Shown here piece after piece: positions 11,950-26,604 of a DNA stretch of 64,000 nucleotides; the first letter of the stretch is position 1; each line of letters begins with the position of its first letter. Source of the stretch: Escherichia coli (GTDB lineage Bacteria; Pseudomonadota; Gammaproteobacteria; Enterobacterales; Enterobacteriaceae). The position numbers were made by a program, and so were the translations under genes. Below the pieces are notes generated by a model, which saw only the letters and a list, made by a program, of their open reading frames with translations, was not told the origin of the DNA and ran no database searches. The DNA lies in assembly GCF_003790525.1 (NCBI RefSeq), contig NZ_CP033635.1; one strand, 5' to 3'.

Positions 11950-12749
11950 TCCCATTCAGGAGCCAGACCTTCCGGGCTAACCAGGCGGTCGTTGCAATCC
12001 AGTGCGGCGATCGCTTTTTTATCTTCGGCATCAAGCTGTAAATTTTGTGCCTTAAGATTACTTTCCAGGTTTTTACGTTTAGTAGAAGAAGGAATTACGG
12101 AGTAACCTTCCCCCATAGCCCACGCCAGAATCACTTGTGCCGGAGTCGCATTGTGTTTAGCTGCGATACGAGCAATAACCTGATCTTTCAGGGCCTTACC
12201 ATACGCCAGCGTCATATAGGAAGTAATATGGATGCCGTGCTGTTTAGCCCAGGCGACCACTTTACGGTTTTGCAGATAAGGTGAGAGTTCAATCTGGTTA
12301 GTAGCGATGTTTTCAGCGCCAACAGCAGCAATCGCCTTTTCCATCAATGGGATCGTGAAGTTGGAAATACCGATCTCACGCGTCAGCCCTTGTTTTTTGG
12401 CTTCCAGCAGCGCCTGCATAAACTCTTCAACAGAGACTTCATCGTTTGGTGACGGCCAGTGGATTAGCGTCAGATCAACATAATCGATACGCAATTTTTG
12501 CAGGCTCTCTTTCAGACTTGGGGTCAATTTGTCTTTGCTGAGATTTTCAATCCAGATTTTAGTGGTGATGTAGAGTTCATTACGTGGCACGCCACTTTCT
12601 GCAATCGCCTGACCTACTGCGGCTTCGTTATCATAGATTTGTGCGGTATCAATTGCGCGATAACCAAGTTCAAGCGCCGTTTTCACAGATGAAATAACAA
12701 CGTCGTCTTTCAGACGGAAAGTACCTAAACCAAATGCAGGGATAGCCAT
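11946..12749 (-). CDS. dkgB: 2,5-diketo-D-gluconate reductase B / aldo-keto reductase, 267 aa
   Basis: ORF translation [22 protein letters not shown]... AKR family; stop overlaps yafC stop (convergent). Confidence 0.92.
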   Translation of the reverse strand: MAIPAFGLGTFRLKDDVVISSVKTALELGYRAIDTAQIYDNEAAVGQAIAESGVPRNELYITTKIWIENLSKDKLTPSLKESLQKLRIDYVDLTLIHWPSPNDEVSVEEFMQALLEAKKQGLTREIGISNFTIPLMEKAIAAVGAENIATNQIELSPYLQNRKVVAWAKQHGIHITSYMTLAYGKALKDQVIARIAAKHNATPAQVILAWAMGEGYSVIPSSTKRKNLESNLKAQNLQLDAEDKKAIAALDCNDRLVSPEGLAPEWD

Positions 12750-12869
12750 AATATGCCTCTTTTAATGCTATTTTCGTTAACTGAAGTGATTATGGGCTTT
12801 AGAATGTTGCGGAAAAAGGGCGTAAAACGCAGAGGATTTTTGCGATTTAAGCAATAATAGAAATATAGA

Positions 12870-12899
12870 CGAAAAAAAACCTCGAGCGTTAACTCGAGG
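12870..12899 (-). terminator. rrnH operon distal intrinsic terminator
   Basis: On minus strand: stem CCTCGAG-ttaacg-CTCGAGG followed by an 8-nt U-run, about 15 nt downstream of aspU. Confidence 0.75.
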
Positions 12900-12911
12900 C
12901 TTCTTAATAAG

Positions 12912-12988
12912 TGGCGGAACGGACGGGACTCGAACCCGCGACCCCCTGCGTGACAGGCAGGTATTCTAACCGACTGAACTACCGCTCC
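12912..12988 (-). tRNA. aspU: tRNA-Asp (GUC), distal tRNA of rrnH operon
   Basis: Same tRNA-Asp sequence as at 4691-4767, located immediately downstream of the 5S rRNA. Confidence 0.97.
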
Positions 12989-13040
12989 ACCGAATTCTTT
13001 TACAACCACCGGTTTTATGACCGGCTTACTGCTTAATTTG

Positions 13041-13160
13041 ATGCCTGGCAGTTCCCTACTCTCGCATGGGGAGACCCCACACTACCATCGGCGCTACGGC
13101 GTTTCACTTCTGAGTTCGGCATGGGGTCAGGTGGGACCACCGCGCTAAGGCCGCCAGGCA
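13041..13160 (-). rRNA. rrfH: 5S ribosomal RNA
   Basis: Reverse complement matches E. coli 5S rRNA (TGCCTGGCGGCC...GGGAACTGCCAGGCAT), 120 nt. Confidence 0.95.
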
Positions 13161-13252
13161 AATTCTGTTTCATCAGACCGCTTCTGCGTTCTGATTTAAT
13201 CTGTATCAGGCTGAAAATCTTCTCTCTTCCGCCAAAACATCTTCGGCGTTGT

Positions 13253-16156
<2,904 letters not shown>

Positions 16157-16330
16157 TCACAACCCGAAGATGTTTCACTTCAGAGTTGCGAAAATTTGAG
16201 AGACTCACGAACAACTTTCATTGTTCAGTGTTTCAATTTTCAGCTTGATCCAGATTTTTAAAGAGCAAAACTTCGCAGTGAACCTTTGCAGGTACACTCT
16301 GAAGTATTTTTTATTTAATCACTACAGAGA

Positions 16331-16406
16331 TGGTGGAGCTATGCGGGATCGAACCGCAGACCTCCTGCGTGCAAAGCAGGCGCTCTCCCAGCTGAGCTAT
16401 AGCCCC
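16331..16406 (-). tRNA. alaV: tRNA-Ala (UGC), 16S-23S spacer
   Basis: Reverse complement GGGGCTATAGCTCAGCTGGGAGAGCGCCTGCTTTGCACGCAGGAGGTCTGCGGTTCGATCCCGCATAGCTCCACCA. Confidence 0.97.
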
Positions 16407-16448
16407 ATAACATGTAGTTAAAACCTCTTCAAATTTGCGATGCAAATT

Positions 16449-16525
<77 letters not shown>

Positions 16526-16593
16526 GTAGAGGTTTTACTGCTCATTTTCATCAGACAATCTGTGTGAGCACTGCAAAGCACAGTTCTTTAAGG

Positions 16594-18135
<1,542 letters not shown>

Positions 18136-18260
18136 AAAAGTTTGATGCTCAAAGAATTAAACTTCGTAATGAATTACGTGTTCACTCTTGAGACTTGGTA
18201 TTCATTTTTCGTCTTGCGACGTTAAGAATCCGTATCTTCGAGTGCCCACACAGATTGTCT

Positions 18261-18279
18261 GATAAATTGTTAAAGAGCA
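18261..18279 (-). promoter_or_regulatory. rrn leader boxA antitermination element
   Basis: Reverse complement reads TGCTCTTTAACAATTTATC, the conserved rrn boxA. Confidence 0.8.
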
Positions 18280-18319
18280 GTTGCGACGCGGCCTTCAGCT
18301 CACTGTCGTGAGGTGGCGT

Positions 18320-18347
18320 ATATTACGCTTTCCTCTTTCAGAGTCAA
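18320..18347 (-). promoter_or_regulatory. rrnH P2 promoter (-35 TTGACT, 16-bp spacer, -10 TAATAT)
   Basis: Hexamers read on minus strand at the expected distance upstream of 16S; architecture matches rrn P2. Confidence 0.7.
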
Positions 18348-18429
18348 CCCTGAATTTCAGGATTTTTCTCTTCAACCGAACCGGCTGTTTGTGTGAAGTG
18401 ATTCACATCCGCCGTGTCGATGGAGGCGC

Positions 18430-18480
18430 ATTATAGGGAGTCGTTTCAGGAAGACAAGCGGAAAAATGCATTTTTATTTC
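18430..18480 (-). promoter_or_regulatory. rrnH P1 promoter (-35 TTGTCT, 16-bp spacer, -10 TATAAT, GC-rich discriminator GCGCCTCC) with upstream A/T-rich UP-like element
   Basis: Hexamers at 18452-18457 and 18430-18435 on minus strand; A/T tract 18461-18480 just upstream; typical stringently controlled rrn P1 layout. Confidence 0.7.
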
Positions 18481-18500
18481 AACCGCTCATCTTTTAATCA

Positions 18501-19073
18501 TTACGCCGGTTTTTGCTGCTTTTTTATCGCTTGCGGCAGGTCTGCCAGGCTATTTAACACCCAATCCGCCGCGTTTTCTGCTTCAGGCGTAACAGGTTTA
18601 CCCGTACGCACCAGCACTTTTGTTCCCACGTTCGCCGCAGCCGCTGCCTGCATATCTTCTAATTTATCGCCCACCATATAAGAAGCGGCCATATCAATAT
18701 GCAAATAATCGCGTGCCGATAAAAGCATCCCCGGATGTGGTTTGCGGCAGTCGCAGACCTGGCGAAACTCTTCAACACTACCCTGCGGATGATGCGGGCA
18801 ATAATAGATACCATCCAGATCGACATCGCGGTCCGCCAGCGACCAGTCCATCCACTCGGTCAGCGTTTCAAACTGTGCTTCAGTAAATTTACCGCGAGCA
18901 ATGCCAGACTGGTTGGTTACTACCACCAGCGCAAAGCCCATTTTTTTTAGCTCGCGCATGGCGTCAATAACACCGTCGATAAATTCAAAGTTGTCGATCT
19001 CATGGACATAGCCGTGATCGACATTAATGGTGCCATCACGGTCAAGAAAAATTGCGGGTACGCTCTTCGCCAC
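18501..19073 (-). CDS. gmhB: D-glycero-beta-D-manno-heptose-1,7-bisphosphate 7-phosphatase (HAD family)
   Basis: ORF translation [17 protein letters not shown]... with HAD motif DRDGT. Confidence 0.92.
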   Translation of the reverse strand: MAKSVPAIFLDRDGTINVDHGYVHEIDNFEFIDGVIDAMRELKKMGFALVVVTNQSGIARGKFTEAQFETLTEWMDWSLADRDVDLDGIYYCPHHPQGSVEEFRQVCDCRKPHPGMLLSARDYLHIDMAASYMVGDKLEDMQAAAAANVGTKVLVRTGKPVTPEAENAADWVLNSLADLPQAIKKQQKPA

Positions 19074-19162
19074 CTTTTATAGCTCCTTAATAAGGCATGT
19101 GACGCTAGTATCGCATGTTTCGACCTGCAAGAAAGTGCTCTTCGCATAAACCTGATTGATTT

Positions 19163-19186
19163 AGACGTCTGGATGCCTTAACATCC
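19163..19186 (+). promoter_or_regulatory. Candidate MetJ operator (tandem met boxes) upstream of metN
   Basis: Perfect AGACGTCT octamer at 19163-19170 followed by two degenerate octamers; metNIQ is a known MetJ-regulated operon. Confidence 0.45.
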
Positions 19187-19260
19187 ATTTCATTGACGGC
19201 GTTGCCCGTTCCAGGCATTCGAAATGCCACGACTAACTTAATGACGATAATAAATAATCA

Positions 19261-20292
19261 ATGATAAAACTTTCGAATATCACCAAAGTGTTCCACCAGG
19301 GCACCCGCACCATCCAGGCGTTAAACAACGTCAGCCTGCATGTGCCAGCTGGACAAATTTATGGCGTTATCGGTGCCTCAGGCGCGGGTAAGAGTACACT
19401 TATACGTTGTGTAAACCTGCTGGAGCGCCCAACCGAGGGTAGCGTGCTGGTTGATGGCCAGGAGCTGACCACGCTGTCAGAATCTGAGTTGACTAAAGCT
19501 CGCCGCCAGATTGGTATGATTTTCCAGCATTTTAACCTGCTCTCTTCGCGTACTGTTTTTGGCAACGTGGCTCTGCCGCTGGAGCTGGACAACACGCCGA
19601 AAGACGAAATCAAACGTCGCGTGACGGAATTGCTGTCATTGGTTGGTCTTGGTGATAAGCATGATAGCTATCCGTCGAACCTTTCTGGTGGGCAGAAACA
19701 GCGTGTGGCGATTGCCCGTGCGTTAGCCAGCAATCCTAAAGTATTGCTGTGTGATGAAGCCACCAGCGCGCTGGACCCGGCAACGACACGTTCTATTCTC
19801 GAACTGCTGAAAGACATCAACCGCCGTCTGGGTTTGACGATTCTGTTGATCACTCACGAAATGGACGTTGTGAAGCGCATTTGTGATTGCGTGGCGGTGA
19901 TCAGCAATGGCGAACTGATCGAGCAGGACACGGTAAGTGAAGTGTTCTCGCATCCGAAAACGCCGCTGGCGCAGAAGTTTATTCAGTCGACCCTGCATCT
20001 GGATATCCCGGAAGATTACCAGGAACGTCTGCAAGCGGAGCCATTCGCTGACTGCGTGCCGATGCTGCGTCTGGAGTTTACCGGTCAATCGGTCGATGCC
20101 CCACTGCTTTCTGAAACCGCGCGTCGTTTCAACGTCAACAACAACATTATTAGCGCGCAGATGGATTACGCCGGTGGCGTTAAGTTCGGCATCATGCTGA
20201 CTGAAATGCACGGCACACAACAAGATACGCAAGCCGCCATTGCCTGGCTGCAGGAACACCATGTAAAAGTAGAGGTACTGGGTTATGTCTGA
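19261..20292 (+). CDS. metN: D-methionine ABC transporter ATP-binding protein, 343 aa
   Basis: Walker [13 protein letters not shown] signature LSGGQKQR, C-terminal NIL domain. Confidence 0.94.
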   Translation: MIKLSNITKVFHQGTRTIQALNNVSLHVPAGQIYGVIGASGAGKSTLIRCVNLLERPTEGSVLVDGQELTTLSESELTKARRQIGMIFQHFNLLSSRTVFGNVALPLELDNTPKDEIKRRVTELLSLVGLGDKHDSYPSNLSGGQKQRVAIARALASNPKVLLCDEATSALDPATTRSILELLKDINRRLGLTILLITHEMDVVKRICDCVAVISNGELIEQDTVSEVFSHPKTPLAQKFIQSTLHLDIPEDYQERLQAEPFADCVPMLRLEFTGQSVDAPLLSETARRFNVNNNIISAQMDYAGGVKFGIMLTEMHGTQQDTQAAIAWLQEHHVKVEVLGYV

Positions 20293-20938
20293 GCCGATGA
20301 TGTGGCTGCTGGTTCGTGGCGTATGGGAAACGCTGGCAATGACCTTCGTATCCGGATTTTTTGGGTTTGTGATTGGTCTGCCGGTTGGCGTCCTGCTTTA
20401 TGTCACGCGTCCGGGGCAAATTATTGCTAACGCGAAGCTGTATCGTACCGTTTCTGCGATTGTGAACATTTTCCGTTCCATCCCGTTCATTATCTTGCTG
20501 GTATGGATGATTCCGTTTACCCGCGTTATTGTCGGTACATCGATTGGTTTGCAGGCAGCGATTGTTCCGTTAACCGTTGGTGCAGCACCGTTTATTGCCC
20601 GTATGGTCGAGAACGCTCTGCTGGAGATCCCAACCGGGTTAATTGAAGCCTCCCGCGCAATGGGTGCCACGCCAATGCAGATCGTTCGTAAAGTGCTGTT
20701 ACCGGAAGCGTTGCCGGGTCTGGTGAATGCGGCAACTATCACCCTGATTACCCTGGTCGGTTATTCCGCGATGGGTGGTGCAGTCGGTGCCGGTGGTTTA
20801 GGTCAGATTGGCTATCAGTATGGCTACATCGGCTATAACGCGACGGTGATGAATACGGTACTGGTATTGCTGGTCATTCTGGTTTATTTAATTCAGTTCG
20901 CAGGCGACCGCATCGTCCGGGCTGTCACTCGCAAGTAA
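20285..20938 (+). CDS. metI: D-methionine ABC transporter permease, 217 aa
   Basis: Multi-TM permease; 8-nt overlap with metN 3' end suggests translational coupling. Confidence 0.93.
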   Translation: MSEPMMWLLVRGVWETLAMTFVSGFFGFVIGLPVGVLLYVTRPGQIIANAKLYRTVSAIVNIFRSIPFIILLVWMIPFTRVIVGTSIGLQAAIVPLTVGAAPFIARMVENALLEIPTGLIEASRAMGATPMQIVRKVLLPEALPGLVNAATITLITLVGYSAMGGAVGAGGLGQIGYQYGYIGYNATVMNTVLVLLVILVYLIQFAGDRIVRAVTRK

Positions 20939-20977
20939 CGTTCAACACAACATAAATAATTGAAGAAGGAATAAGGT

Positions 20978-21793
20978 ATGGCGTTCAAATTCAAAACCTT
21001 TGCGGCAGTGGGAGCCCTGATTGGATCACTGGCACTGGTAGGCTGCGGTCAGGATGAAAAAGATCCAAACCACATTAAAGTCGGCGTGATTGTTGGTGCC
21101 GAACAGCAGGTTGCAGAAGTCGCGCAGAAAGTTGCGAAAGACAAATATGGCCTGGACGTTGAGCTGGTCACCTTCAACGACTATGTTCTGCCAAACGAAG
21201 CATTGAGCAAAGGCGATATCGACGCCAACGCCTTCCAGCATAAACCGTACCTTGATCAGCAACTGAAAGATCGTGGCTACAAACTGGTCGCAGTAGGCAA
21301 CACTTTTGTTTATCCGATTGCAGGTTACTCCAAGAAAATCAAATCACTGGATGAACTGCAGGATGGTTCGCAGGTTGCCGTGCCAAACGACCCAACTAAC
21401 CTTGGTCGTTCACTGCTGCTGCTGCAAAAAGTGGGCTTGATCAAACTGAAAGATGGCGTTGGCCTGCTGCCGACCGTTCTTGATGTTGTTGAGAACCCAA
21501 AAAATCTGAAAATTGTTGAACTGGAAGCACCGCAGCTGCCGCGCTCTCTGGACGACGCGCAAATCGCTCTGGCAGTTATCAATACCACCTATGCCAGCCA
21601 GATTGGCCTGACTCCAGCGAAAGACGGTATCTTTGTCGAAGATAAAGAGTCCCCGTACGTAAACCTAATCGTAACGCGTGAAGACAACAAAGACGCCGAA
21701 AACGTGAAGAAATTCGTCCAGGCTTATCAGTCTGACGAAGTTTACGAAGCAGCAAACAAAGTGTTTAACGGCGGCGCTGTTAAAGGCTGGTAA
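20978..21793 (+). CDS. metQ: D-methionine-binding lipoprotein, 271 aa
   Basis: Lipobox LALVGCGQ; NlpA-family substrate-binding protein. Confidence 0.93.
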   Translation: MAFKFKTFAAVGALIGSLALVGCGQDEKDPNHIKVGVIVGAEQQVAEVAQKVAKDKYGLDVELVTFNDYVLPNEALSKGDIDANAFQHKPYLDQQLKDRGYKLVAVGNTFVYPIAGYSKKIKSLDELQDGSQVAVPNDPTNLGRSLLLLQKVGLIKLKDGVGLLPTVLDVVENPKNLKIVELEAPQLPRSLDDAQIALAVINTTYASQIGLTPAKDGIFVEDKESPYVNLIVTREDNKDAENVKKFVQAYQSDEVYEAANKVFNGGAVKGW

Positions 21794-21828
21794 TATTTAG
21801 GCTGTTTCCACAATTTGTAATATCATTC

Positions 21829-21860
21829 AGGACGGGCGCTTGCCCGTCTTGTCATTTTTA
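21829..21860 (+). terminator. metNIQ intrinsic terminator
   Basis: Stem GACGGGCGC-ttgcccgtc followed by TTGTCATTTTT. Confidence 0.6.
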
Positions 21861-21910
21861 CAAGCGCCTGATTCAATATTGACGTTTTGATCATACATTG
21901 AGGAAATACT

Positions 21911-22315
21911 ATGCGTGCTTTACCGATCTGTTTAGTAGCACTCATGCTAAGCGGCTGTTCCATGTTAAGCAGATCCCCTGTCGAACCCGTTCAAAGCACT
22001 GCACCCCAGCCGAAAGCGGAGCCTGCAAAACCGAAAGCGCCGCGCGCCACGCCGGTCCGAATTTATACCAATGCAGAAGAATTAGTCGGCAAACCGTTCC
22101 GCGATCTCGGTGAAGTCAGTGGCGACTCTTGCCAGGCCTCTAATCAGGACTCTCCGCCGAGCATTCCAACCGCACGTAAGCGGATGCAAATCAACGCCTC
22201 GAAAATGAAAGCCAATGCGGTATTACTGCATAGCTGCGAAGTCACCAGCGGTACGCCAGGCTGCTATCGTCAGGCTGTATGTATCGGTTCTGCGCTTAAC
22301 ATCACGGCGAAATGA
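21911..22315 (+). CDS. rcsF: Outer-membrane lipoprotein RcsF (Rcs phosphorelay sensor), 134 aa
   Basis: Lipobox LMLSGCSM, proline-rich linker PQPKAEPAKPKAP, C-terminal Cys pairs. Confidence 0.92.
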   Translation: MRALPICLVALMLSGCSMLSRSPVEPVQSTAPQPKAEPAKPKAPRATPVRIYTNAEELVGKPFRDLGEVSGDSCQASNQDSPPSIPTARKRMQINASKMKANAVLLHSCEVTSGTPGCYRQAVCIGSALNITAK

Positions 22316-23019
22316 GCAGTTTCCAGTTCGAGCAAATAGGCGTTATTCGCTCGCCCTATAAAGAAAAATTCGCCGTTCCGCGCCAGCCAGGTCTGGTAAA
22401 AAGCGCCAACGGCGAACTGCATCTCATTGCTCCCTACAACCAGGCCGACGCCGTTCGCGGCCTGGAAGCGTTCAGCCATTTATGGATCCTTTTCGTCTTT
22501 CATCAAACGATGGAAGGCGGCTGGCGTCCAACTGTGCGTCCGCCTCGTCTTGGCGGTAATACCAGAATGGGTGTTTTCGCTACGCGCTCCACTTTCCGCC
22601 CTAACCCGATTGGTATGTCGCTGGTAGAGCTGAAAGAGGTTGTTTGCCATAAAGATAGCGTGATTCTGAAGCTCGGCAGTCTGGATCTCGTCGATGGTAC
22701 GCCGGTAGTGGATATCAAACCGTATCTCCCCTTTGCTGAATCGCTTCCCGATGCCAGTGCCAGCTATGCGCAAAGTGCGCCAGCGGCAGAAATGGCGGTG
22801 AGTTTTACCGCAGAGGTCGAAAAGCAGCTTTTGACGCTGGAGAAGCGTTATCCGCAGTTAACGCTGTTTATCCGCGAAGTACTGGCGCAGGACCCGCGCC
22901 CGGCCTATCGTAAAGGTGAGGAAACGGGCAAAACCTATGCCGTCTGGCTGCATGATTTTAACGTTCGCTGGCGCGTCACCGACGCAGGTTTTGAAGTCTT
23001 TGCGCTGGAACCGCGTTAA
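22312..23019 (+). CDS. tsaA: tRNA (adenine37-N6)-methyltransferase TsaA (YaeB), 235 aa
   Basis: ORF translation MSSFQFEQIGVIRSPYKEKF...; ATGA overlap with rcsF stop. Confidence 0.9.
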   Translation: MSSFQFEQIGVIRSPYKEKFAVPRQPGLVKSANGELHLIAPYNQADAVRGLEAFSHLWILFVFHQTMEGGWRPTVRPPRLGGNTRMGVFATRSTFRPNPIGMSLVELKEVVCHKDSVILKLGSLDLVDGTPVVDIKPYLPFAESLPDASASYAQSAPAAEMAVSFTAEVEKQLLTLEKRYPQLTLFIREVLAQDPRPAYRKGEETGKTYAVWLHDFNVRWRVTDAGFEVFALEPR

Positions 23020-23129
23020 ATTCACGCCCTTCTCTTTTGACATTTCTTTTGCACTGGTAAACTAAATCACTTTTTTTGTCCCAGGCTCGCCTTGAGCCTG
23101 TTCTACCTTCCAACTGGAACCGTAACAAC

Positions 23130-24848
23130 ATGCGTACTAGCCAATACCTGCTCTCCACTCTCAAGGAGACACCTGCCGACGCCGAGGTGATCAGCCATCA
23201 GCTGATGCTGCGCGCCGGGATGATCCGCAAGCTGGCCTCCGGGTTATATACCTGGCTGCCGACCGGCGTGCGCGTTCTGAAAAAAGTCGAAAACATCGTG
23301 CGTGAAGAGATGAACAACGCCGGTGCGATCGAGGTGTTAATGCCGGTGGTTCAGCCATCTGAACTGTGGCAAGAGAGTGGTCGTTGGGAACAGTATGGCC
23401 CGGAATTGCTGCGTATTGCTGACCGTGGTGACCGTCCGTTCGTACTTGGCCCAACTCATGAAGAAGTGATTACCGACCTGATTCGTAACGAGCTGAGCTC
23501 TTACAAACAGCTGCCGCTGAACTTCTATCAGATCCAGACCAAGTTCCGCGACGAAGTGCGTCCGCGTTTCGGCGTCATGCGTTCCCGCGAATTCCTGATG
23601 AAAGATGCTTACTCTTTCCATACTTCTCAGGAATCCTTACAGGAAACCTACGATGCAATGTATGCGGCCTACAGCAAAATCTTCAGCCGCATGGGGCTGG
23701 ATTTCCGCGCCGTACAGGCCGACACCGGTTCTATCGGCGGTAGCGCCTCTCACGAATTCCAGGTGCTGGCGCAGAGCGGTGAAGACGATGTGGTCTTCTC
23801 CGACACCTCTGACTATGCAGCGAACATTGAGCTGGCAGAAGCTATCGCGCCGAAAGAACCGCGCGCTGCTGCTACCCAGGAAATGACGCTGGTTGATACG
23901 CCGAACGCGAAAACCATCGCGGAACTGGTTGAACAGTTCAATCTGCCGATTGAGAAAACGGTTAAGACTCTGCTGGTTAAAGCCGTTGAAGGCAGTAGCT
24001 TCCCGCTGGTTGCGCTGCTGGTGCGCGGTGACCACGAGCTGAACGAAGTTAAAGCAGAAAAACTGCCGCAGGTTGCCAGCCCGCTGACTTTTGCGACCGA
24101 AGAAGAAATTCGTGCCGTGGTTAAAGCCGGTCCGGGTTCACTGGGTCCGGTAAACATGCCGATTCCGGTGGTGATTGACCGTACCGTTGCGGCGATGAGT
24201 GATTTCGCTGCTGGTGCTAACATCGATGGTAAACACTACTTCGGTATCAACTGGGATCGCGATGTCGCTACCCCGGAAATTGCTGATATCCGTAACGTGG
24301 TGGCTGGCGATCCAAGCCCGGATGGTCAGGGTACGCTGCTGATCAAACGTGGTATCGAAGTCGGTCACATCTTCCAGCTGGGTACCAAGTACTCCGAAGC
24401 ACTGAAAGCCTCCGTACAGGGTGAAGATGGCCGTAACCAAATCCTGACGATGGGTTGCTACGGTATCGGTGTAACGCGTGTGGTAGCAGCGGCGATTGAG
24501 CAGAACTACGACGAACGCGGCATCGTATGGCCTGACGCTATCGCGCCGTTCCAGGTGGCGATTCTGCCAATGAACATGCACAAATCCTTCCGCGTACAGG
24601 AACTTGCTGAGAAACTGTACAGCGAACTGCGCGCACAAGGTATCGAAGTGCTGCTGGATGACCGCAAAGAGCGTCCGGGCGTGATGTTTGCTGATATGGA
24701 ACTGATCGGTATTCCGCACACTATCGTGCTGGGCGACCGTAACCTCGACAACGACGATATCGAATATAAATATCGTCGTAACGGCGAGAAACAGTTAATT
24801 AAGACTGGTGACATCGTCGATTATCTGGTGAAACAGATTAAAGGCTGA
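23130..24848 (+). CDS. proS: Prolyl-tRNA synthetase, 572 aa
   Basis: ORF 23076..24848; trimmed to [20 protein letters not shown]...; class II aaRS motifs. Confidence 0.93.
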
Positions 24849-24855
24849 TGCCAGA

Positions 24856-24886
24856 AAGGGTCCTGAATTTCGGGGCCCTTTTTTAC
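24856..24886 (+). terminator. proS intrinsic terminator
   Basis: aaaGGGTCCtgaatttcGGGGCCCtttttt hairpin plus T-run immediately after stop. Confidence 0.65.
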
Positions 24887-24900
24887 ATGGATTGTATAAA

Positions 24901-25725
24901 ATGGATAAACCAAAGGCGTACTGCCGCCTGCTTCTCCCCTGCTTTCTTTTACTTTCGGCCTGTACCGTTGATATCAGCCAGCCAGACTCATCAGCCACAG
25001 CGGTAAATGCCGAGGCGAAAACATGGGCTGTTAAATTCCAGCATCAAAGCTCTTTCACCGAACAATCAATAAAAGAAATAACAGAACCAGATCTCAAACC
25101 CGGCGATTTGCTTTTCTCCTCAAGCCTTGGGGTAACCTCATTTGGTATCCGCGTATTCAGCACTTCCTCTGTGAGTCACGTTGCAATCTATTTGGGAGAT
25201 AATAACGTTGCCGAAGCGACAGGCGCTGGCGTCCAGATTGTTTCACTTAAAAAAGCCATGAAGCATAGTGATAAGCTTTTCGTCTTACGAGTCCCGGACC
25301 TTACCCCGCAACAAGCCACAGAAATCACCGCGTTCGCCAATAAAATCAAAGATAGCGGTTATAACTATCGCGGCATTGTCGAATTTATTCCATTTATGGT
25401 GACTCGCCAGATGTGCTCACTGAATCCGTTCTCCGAGGATTTTCGCCAACAGTGCGTCAGCAGCCTGGCGAAAGCGCAGTTAAGTAACGTTGGCGAAGGA
25501 GACAAAAAGTCGTGGTTTTGTTCGGAATTTGTCACTGATGCATTTGCCAAATCCGGGCATCCGCTTACGCTGGCGCAATCGGGCTGGATTAGCCCTGCCG
25601 ATCTGATGCATATGCGTAGTGGTGATGTCTCTGCATTTAAACCAGAAACGCAGTTACAGTATATTGGGCACCTGAAGCCAGGGATTTATATTAAAGCAAG
25701 TCGCTTTGTTGGACTGACTCAGTGA
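24901..25725 (+). CDS. yaeF: Putative lipoprotein YaeF, permuted papain-fold (C92/YiiX-like) peptidase, 274 aa
   Basis: ORF 24892..25725; start at MDKPKAYCRLLLPCFLLLSACTVD (lipobox LSAC); His motif SHVAIYLG precedes Cys motif WFCSEFV. Confidence 0.82.
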   Translation: MDKPKAYCRLLLPCFLLLSACTVDISQPDSSATAVNAEAKTWAVKFQHQSSFTEQSIKEITEPDLKPGDLLFSSSLGVTSFGIRVFSTSSVSHVAIYLGDNNVAEATGAGVQIVSLKKAMKHSDKLFVLRVPDLTPQQATEITAFANKIKDSGYNYRGIVEFIPFMVTRQMCSLNPFSEDFRQQCVSSLAKAQLSNVGEGDKKSWFCSEFVTDAFAKSGHPLTLAQSGWISPADLMHMRSGDVSAFKPETQLQYIGHLKPGIYIKASRFVGLTQ

Positions 25726-25750
25726 TAAAAGCCAGCCTCGTGCGCAAAAT

Positions 25751-25848
25751 GCCGGATGCGGCGTGAACGCCTTATTCGGCCTACAAAATCGTGCTAATTC
25801 AAAATATTGCATTGTATGCTTTAGGCCTGATAAGCGCAGCGCATGAGG
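25751..25848. repeat. REP/BIME element pair between convergent yaeF and nlpE
   Basis: gccggatgcggcgtgaacgccttattcggcctac (canonical REP) and aggcctgataagcgcagcgcatgagg in inverted orientation. Confidence 0.8.
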
Positions 25849-25880
25849 CAATATTTCATTTGTTTCTGTCTCAAGACGGG

Positions 25881-26591
25881 TTACAGCCCCAAACTACTGC
25901 AATCATGGTTCGGGTAAAATTTACCCGCCGTATCGGGCGCTAATACTTTAGTCGGCGCACCGGTATCGGGATTAGCCTCCAGCGTAAAGTGACCTTCAAC
26001 TGACAGTAACACTGGTTTTTCACTGTTACCCCGCGCAGCCAGGTAGCCACGCTCCAGCTCTGCGTTATTCGCCACAATAAAACGTTTTCCGGTCGCGCAA
26101 TCAGTAAAGGTCGCCGCATCAGCCATATAGAAATACATGCCACGCAGGGTCATCGGCGTCATTGGCATGCTCGATTTTGCCGGTTCCAGCGTGTAGTTGA
26201 ACTGCGATTCAATGGGATTACCTTCACGATCGAGCATCTCCAGTGCATCCCCTTTCGCTCGATAATATGACTTTTCACCTTTGCTGTCGGTTAATACCAG
26301 CTTGTCGGCAGTTCGCGCCCATGTACCGTAGGAGGCAAAGGATGAAGGCTCTTCACGAGCGCCAAGATAGCGCTCGCTCATCACCCAGGTTCCATCTTTT
26401 TCGAGGAACAGAGAGGTTTCGATCCCTTCGCAATCGGCACACGGCAGCACGCCGCGCCAACTTTGCGGCATCGGTTTCAGTTCGGCAGCCTGCGCCGGAG
26501 AAAGCGTGTCGACTTCGGCCCGATTGTTACATCCCATCAGAGTAAAGAGGCTGATTACAGCCATCGCTGTCACTATCGCTTTTCTCACCAT
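25881..26591 (-). CDS. nlpE: Outer-membrane lipoprotein NlpE (CutF), Cpx pathway activator, 236 aa
   Basis: Lipobox LMGCNN; CXXC motif LPCADCEG. Confidence 0.92.
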   Translation of the reverse strand: MVRKAIVTAMAVISLFTLMGCNNRAEVDTLSPAQAAELKPMPQSWRGVLPCADCEGIETSLFLEKDGTWVMSERYLGAREEPSSFASYGTWARTADKLVLTDSKGEKSYYRAKGDALEMLDREGNPIESQFNYTLEPAKSSMPMTPMTLRGMYFYMADAATFTDCATGKRFIVANNAELERGYLAARGNSEKPVLLSVEGHFTLEANPDTGAPTKVLAPDTAGKFYPNHDCSSLGL

Positions 26592-26604
26592 CCATTCCTT
26601 CTTT

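Noticed and set aside
13041-13160. Possible single-nucleotide variant in 5S rRNA helix I (GGCGGCCUUAGCGCGG here versus GGCGGCCGUAGCGCGG as I recall the canonical sequence)
   Set aside because: rrf copies are known to be slightly heterogeneous and I cannot confirm the canonical base from memory; not reportable without alignment.
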